Assembly: GCA_013115145.1 (NCBI GenBank)
Contig: JAAPAO010000077.1
Span: 1-64,000 of the forward strand
Direction of reading: 5' to 3'
DNA length: 64,000 nt
Source of the DNA: Perkinsus chesapeaki ATCC PRA-425
Lineage: Eukaryota > Protista > Perkinsozoa
The notes beneath the pieces were generated by a model. The model searched no databases, was not told the origin of the DNA, and saw nothing but the letters and a program-made list of their open reading frames with translations. Positions 61,608 to 64,000 of the stretch are shown in pieces (the first letter of the stretch is position 1; each line of letters opens with the position of its first letter). Both the position numbers and the translations under genes were made by a program.

Positions 61608-62440
61608 CCATCAATGTTGTACGTTATGTGAGACTGCTCTATCACACGCTGTCTTTTGGTGTCAATCGGTATTCACTTGAGTTACCCAGTTACTTTAAAA
61701 CACTGTAACCTACCAAATCTCGCCATGGGTAAGGTCACGCAAGTGCCACGTGCATTCGTTATTGAAAGAAAGTTGGGGAATACAGGCACTACTAGGGCCG
61801 TCCTTGTGAAGCACTGACAGACTCAGGCGAGCAAGAGAAACGATTCTATCGGTCTTAATAAGAAGGATACATAATGGATTAATATAATAATCCGTTCCTA
61901 ATAATAACTTTTGTTGAGGATATGGAGGTTTCTTTCGAGTATAGTATACTATATATACTAGTATACATATAGTATACTCAGTATACAGCGACTCTGGTTG
62001 CTGCGAACCTTTTGTAATTTCTGGATCACCCAATCTATTGGGTAGACCAGTATCATGATGTAGATCATCGCATTGAACTCTTACCGCATAGTTCCGCTAG
62101 TTGATAAACACAGTGTACTGTATTCAGTAACGAATGGTAAGAGGGTCTCTATGTTCCTATATTCTCTCCAGCAACTGCTCCGCCTCAGATCCGTTCGCTG
62201 AGCTTTTTATACGATTGGAGGTGTTCGACTAAAGTACTGTAGGGTATGATGCCACTCATGCTGATATGATGCAATCAACGAGTAAGTCCCGTCTACACGC
62301 CATCGTTCGAAATTGTATCAATTATGTTGTCAATAACAGATTGCTTCAGTATACCCATGACTTGCCGCTCTCACCAGATTGACTATAGCACTCTAAGCAC
62401 GCAACGCAACTCAATTAGAGACATAGAGATTGAAGACAGT

Positions 62441-62995
62441 CTAGAGGCTAATCGTAGTGATCTTACTCCATCCGTTTACTCCATCGAGACCCCCTTCAGT
62501 CTTCCATAGTTCGACCGAGTTAATGTGGAAATAGCACCGGCCCTCCAGCGTTGTCGACTCCTTCATTCTTTTAGCAATTTCTACACGCTCCGATTTAGAA
62601 CAGTTACCATAACAAAGCGATATGTGCGGTGTGTAGTCTGTAGTGTGTGCACCGAATGCTTGGTGAAGGGCTAACAGGTCACCATTGTGATCGTCGATCC
62701 AGTACACCACAGCCATATTCCACTTATCGGCCTCAACCGCGGAAGGTACGGCATCGAACTCAACGGTAAAACCACCAGTAGTGACTTTCTGTGAATATTT
62801 CTTCGCCTTGGTGATGGCATCCTCGTCACTATCAGCCATGAAGGAACCGACAATTGTTATATGAGGTTGGAAGATAGCATCTGTCATGTGTGGGTTCATC
62901 GTGTGAGCCTTTGTAATAAGTTCTGATATTTCTTGGTATATTTCGCTCGAAGGTGGCGGCGACACCCAGACACTATAATGGATTCCTTTGGACAT
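62441..62995 (-). CDS. 2H phosphoesterase / cyclic phosphodiesterase (CPDase-like), intronless
   Basis: YSVWVSPP, FQPHITIVG and YTPHISLCYG (two HxT/S motifs). Confidence 0.88.
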   Translation of the reverse strand: MSKGIHYSVWVSPPPSSEIYQEISELITKAHTMNPHMTDAIFQPHITIVGSFMADSDEDAITKAKKYSQKVTTGGFTVEFDAVPSAVEADKWNMAVVYWIDDHNGDLLALHQAFGAHTTDYTPHISLCYGNCSKSERVEIAKRMKESTTLEGRCYFHINSVELWKTEGGLDGVNGWSKITTISL

Positions 62996-63074
62996 TATCA
63001 ATGACCAGAAATCTTCCATCGAAACTTTTATACCAAACCCAACACGTACTCGGATCAGAAACACTATCGATAGT

Positions 63075-64000
63075 TCACTCCAGAATTGAACCATGCAGTT
63101 GTTGACGGACAAGGTTCGCGTACCTTAGAAAGAGAAAGAGCACGCAGCGATCAGACAGCTGAGCTAACCTGCCATCCTCAATTGCTAATAGTTGGTGATG
63201 TGTCCCCTGTTCGGCCACGCGACCGTCTTCTATATAGATGACCACGTCCGCTCGCTGGACTGTAGACAAGCGATGAGCCACGACTATAGTGGTACGTGAT
63301 GAGCTTAGCCTGAAGAAGGCGTTGACAAACTTGGAAGAGAAAATGGAAAGCGGAAATAGGCAGTTTGTCTATTAGTCGCTGATTGGACTGACTAGTAGAG
63401 GATCTGCGATGTAAATGAAGTAAGCAGTCCCTATCATTTATTGTAGAAGTGAGCTTGGGGGCTCCTTATCACTACTAGTAGTAGTAGTAGTAGTAGTAGT
63501 AGACAATATTCGGCAGTACAGCTGGGCAGTTGAGAGTCAAACAGTGCGAGAACCCATGTACAACGTATCATGTCGAGACCGGTAGGAAATTGTGATGGAG
63601 TTCCTGTGGACACTGTAGCAATTTGACAAGGTTGACGGTTCATCACAGTTGACAGGAGGAATAGGATCTCTTGACACTAACTACATTCTTACTCAGTTAC
63701 CCATACGGTGACGACAGACACTAACATGCACTCTGGTCCTGCAAAGTTGCACATAAACTGCTTTCTTTGGCTTATAAACTCGCACAACCGGATGATTACT
63801 CGTCCAGGGCCTCTTGAACCTTTCTTTCGTTCTCGGCATCCAAAGCGCTCGTAGCTTCATCAAGCAGGAGTATCTTCGGTGAAGCCGCCATTGCTCGAGC
63901 GATTGCGACGCGCTGCTTCTGCCTGGATCCAGCAAATTAGAGTTGCCCAGCGAACTGATGCTACCCTCCGCTGAGTTGAACTCCTCGCTCGCCGACGAGC
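63075..64000 (-). CDS. ABC transporter subfamily B, 3' end (continues beyond the window)
   Basis: [11 protein letters not shown]|[26 protein letters not shown]; [27 protein letters not shown]. Confidence 0.92.
63476..63502. repeat. (TAG)9 microsatellite in an ABCB intron
   Basis: Direct reading of the sequence. Confidence 0.9.

Noticed and set aside
1-64000. Spliced-leader gene or relic (ACCGTAGCCATCTTGGCTCAAG-like)
   Set aside because: No convincing match seen on either strand by eye
1-64000. CRISPR array or prokaryotic operon/defence system
   Set aside because: No regularly spaced repeat-spacer units; the sequence is eukaryotic with spliceosomal introns

Overview
Intron-rich eukaryotic DNA with many short (~45-80 nt) GT-AG introns and long same-strand gene blocks. 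The gene set and organisation suggest an alveolate such as Perkinsus; this is inferred, not verified. Identifiable genes: a five-copy array of intronless ~500-aa four-repeat proteins (4.5-13.0 kb), an S10 serine carboxypeptidase, a divergent uS2-like ribosomal protein in a ~1.1-kb segmental duplication, an EF-hand protein, an F-box-like/ubiquitin-like protein, the ~13.4-kb Brr2/SNRNP200 helicase, a TLC-domain protein, cathepsin B, an HD phosphohydrolase, two TMEM14 genes, a pepsin-like protease, a 2H cyclic phosphodiesterase and the 3' end of an ABCB transporter. The most unusual signals are non-coding. (1) Ten tRNA-gene 3'-end-like pieces (T-loop, then usually exactly 20 nt to a discriminator A, then an oligo-T) form or sit in introns or putative acceptor regions, and in one case the T-loop is the splice donor. 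(2) Recurrent intronic micro-motifs occur (GGCGGAGCGAAGC, AAATCGATCACGTGATCGATTT). (3) Many perfect palindromes with a 1-nt spacer occur; comparing the two duplicate copies shows several are inverted-duplication insertions. Exon boundaries were read by eye, so the ends of multi-exon genes are approximate.
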